A stretch of 64,000 nucleotides of DNA from Ophelia neglecta. Lineage: Eukaryota. Made by a program: the position numbers and the translations under genes. The notes under the pieces are model-generated. The model was not told the origin of the DNA. It was given only the letters and a program-made list of their open reading frames with translations, and did no database searches. The stretch spans positions 99,138,001-99,202,000 of the forward strand of contig OZ260662.1 of the NCBI GenBank assembly GCA_965285935.1. Reading direction: 5' to 3'. The first letter of the stretch is position 1. Each line of letters opens with the position of its first letter. This document shows, piece by piece, positions 61,167 through 64,000 of this stretch.

Positions 61167-62776
61167 GTCGCTTTTCAGCGGGAAAGTTATTGGGGGCGCC
61201 CTGCCCGCATTTGTTCCAATCGAGTTTTTAATTGCGCATTTGCTGAATGCATTCATATTAAGTTACCCTCATTCGACCAGAAAGCCTTGGGTTGCATACG
61301 ACATAACCAATAACAGGTTGTGTCATATGTCTTTCCAATGTCAGGGGACACCGTTTAAGTGAAAGTGTGTGGATATAGGCCTTTTAACTTGTAAATGTTA
61401 CTGCCTTTATTCACTAGGCTGTATGTCCAAAGGGGTAGTTAATATGAATTAGATATATGTCAAACATCAAAAAGAAACGTGTGTGTATATTATGGTTTCT
61501 TGTGCTGATTAAGTGACATGCTATGATGTATATTTATAATTGACATCCCTATTATATCAGAAAACTCAAGCAGGTGTCCACTTTAGAAGGACTGAACCAA
61601 GGTCAATGAGCTCACGTCGTGCGAATAAATGTATAAGGAATTTGAATAAACTTTGTTTAGTGTGCACATATTACACATATATTTAACATAGATGACAGTA
61701 TCTTTGAAAAGACGGTAAGCAAGCATGTCGGTTCTTTTATGAACTTATAATGTTTTTGATGTCTAATACGACTGGTTTTGCACAATACAGAAGACAAAAA
61801 TGCAGCAACTAAATATAATTAAGGTTGTGCAGCTGACTTTGATGCAATCCAAGGCAGCACATGTGACAACATTGCCTAGTTGTAATCATTTTTACAATAC
61901 ACAATACAATAAACGACAATCGGCTGAAACCTAAATGACTGACTACCTCTTTATGAATTCAAAGGAGAAGGGAAAAAATCACCATGCAACTTGTGCGTAA
62001 AGCATTGCTTTATACAAGGAAGTGATATCGAGACACCATCTGCCGGCCCTGAACATATGAAAGATCCTGGGTTACGTACGGTTTAAGGTACCAGGGTCTC
62101 TCGTCGGTAAATGTGACTTATATTGTAAATTTAAAGGGGGGGGGGGGGGGGCACTATAACAAGTACGTACATCGGTCCTCAGTATAAATGTACCGAACGG
62201 AATTACTGCCAATCTCAAGCACCCAGTCTTAGACAAAAGGCAAGTACAGATAAAACAGAGTCGTAACATGGCTAAAAAAGGACTTCATTAGACAAATAAT
62301 ACAAAAGGGGAGCTAAAAATAAAGCTCGAAAATTGTGTCAATTCCTTCAGCCAATCCTGACATTGAAAAGCTAATTGACTATAAGCCCATTTGACATTGA
62401 CTGAAAATTATACAATCTGACTCCTAGAAGCAGGCACCAGCTCAGAAATAATAAATAGACATTGTGGTTAAACCAGTGCCGACACTGATGGATCCGCTAG
62501 AATCCTATTGCGTACAAACTTGTAAAGCCCTGGCAATTTTCCATATACAAAATTCTTCAGTTTTACAACAAAAACCGAACGGGTGCCTTTTTTTACTTTG
62601 TTCCTTGGCATTTTAATATCACTTTTAGTCTCAACACTCTCCGCATTAAGGCAGTTATTAAGTGTTTAAGACATAACAAATGACGTTTCATTATTTATAT
62701 CTATCGTGATCCCTCAGGCTTTACTCGACTATATACTGGCACACTAAAACTGGGAACAAACTGTTTTATATACATA

Positions 62777-62807
<31 letters not shown>

Positions 62808-63179
62808 TATACAACACCAGAGTCATAATTGTAAATAGTAGAAAAGAAAATGTGTTCCGTTTCTAATGATAAAATAAAATCATCTTCGATGATAATTTCA
62901 TATCATTAATATTGGTCATGAAGTTTACTAATTCGTGGTGCAAATATTTGCAGGTCATAAGCAGGGTTTTTAAAAATAAATGTTAATAATTTAGACTTAA
63001 AATCCCCTCTGACAATGTGCTAGCAACGCTAATGCTATCAACTCTGACAGCTGGCAAGGTAGGAAGAAGGTAAATATTCCTTTAAACTGATATTTTAGAC
63101 AACAGCGGAGACGGAAGGGAGAGCTGAAATTAAGGCAATGAGTGAGGGGATCAAGTAACCTGCGAGCCTTCATTAAGAC

Positions 63180-63475
63180 AACAGGGGAAAGGTGGGATAA
63201 TCTAACGGTGGGCCTACATTAAGTCAGGAGAGGGGAGGGAGTGGACATTTAGACCCGGGGCGCAATGAAATTTCCCATTATTTTGCTACAACCCGTATCT
63301 GTACGCGGGAGATGTTTCGAGAGTTTTTTTCGGAATACTGCTACCGCAAATCGGTTGTTCTTTATTTCGGAATACTGCTACCGCAAATCGGTTGTTCTAT
63401 TGGCGTACTATTGTGACAAATGACTAAGTGTACATAAAACAACCTCAACCATGTCCCAGCCACTCCTTTATATAA
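63180..63475. mobile_element. Degenerate MITE-like insertion absent from the B paralog
   Basis: Weak inverted ends (aggggaaaggtgggata / tgtcccagccactcctt); internal tandem pair tttcggaatactgctaccgcaaatcggttgttct. Confidence 0.4.
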
Positions 63476-64000
63476 CATTTTTAGTTTGGATACCGGCCAT
63501 TTGTATCTAGAAAAAGTGAAAGTTTCTTAGATTTATTTTCCTTCTCAACTTAGACTTACTGTTTCTCTGTACATGAAAACGACTTCGTGATTTATTGTGC
63601 CTTACAAATATCACTGCATGGACCTATTTGAACAAAATGCGACAATCTGCCCCGTGGCCTTGTCTTTTATTTATAATGAGTAAAACTTGCTTCGACTATT
63701 CGTACATATCTGATGACGCGTATAAGGGATTCTTGTGTTCTATGTTCAGTTTTATATGATACATCGCTTAATTTTGCAAGCTGAAATCATTGGATGAATA
63801 CACCTGTTATGGGCTCGTCTGCTAACGGTTTTAACATCTTTTTAATGCGCTAAACAGAAGCATGGGGCACTTACATCAAGCAATATCTTGGATAAGATAG
63901 AACATCTGTTATTAAAAGCTTAAATATTGCGCCAGAGATAAAGTATTTGTCCTTGAAGGACAGTTTTACTAATATAATGCTTTTAAATAAGCCAACTATT

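Noticed and set aside
27108-63882. B and C as uncollapsed alleles
   Set aside because: The 3' halves are far too divergent and differ in exon content; a misjoin limited to the 5' half still needs long reads to exclude

Overview
AT-rich, intron-containing invertebrate animal DNA, not prokaryotic. The window holds a minus-strand tandem cluster of three paralogous genes (A ~11-6995/9497, B 18981-29892+, C 47672-59832+). Each encodes a type II membrane protein: cytoplasmic PPxY tail, signal-anchor helix, SEA domain with an intact F-S-x-G^S-I-I cleavage motif, Thr/Pro mucin stalk, then (in B and C) repeated EGF / 8-Cys EGF / chitin-binding CBM14 cassettes. I rebuilt the exon chains by hand from GT-AG sites and the phases and lengths add up (A 606 aa, C at least 1245 aa, B 998 aa from a downstream ATG). 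B has two frameshifts confined to its cytoplasmic tail. B and C share a recently duplicated or converted 5' half but have old, divergent chitin-binding 3' halves. A has two duplicated candidate first exons, and a decayed piece of a fourth paralog lies at ~12.8-13.5 kb. Insertions include a full-length inactivated AP-endonuclease LINE (30.7-35.9 kb), an L1/Tx1-clade LINE with a twin-priming-type 5' inversion and TSD (41.9-46.5 kb), a GC-rich BEN-domain exon, MITEs, LINE fragments and satellites. The species and the first exons of B and C could not be determined. Identity percentages are visual estimates.
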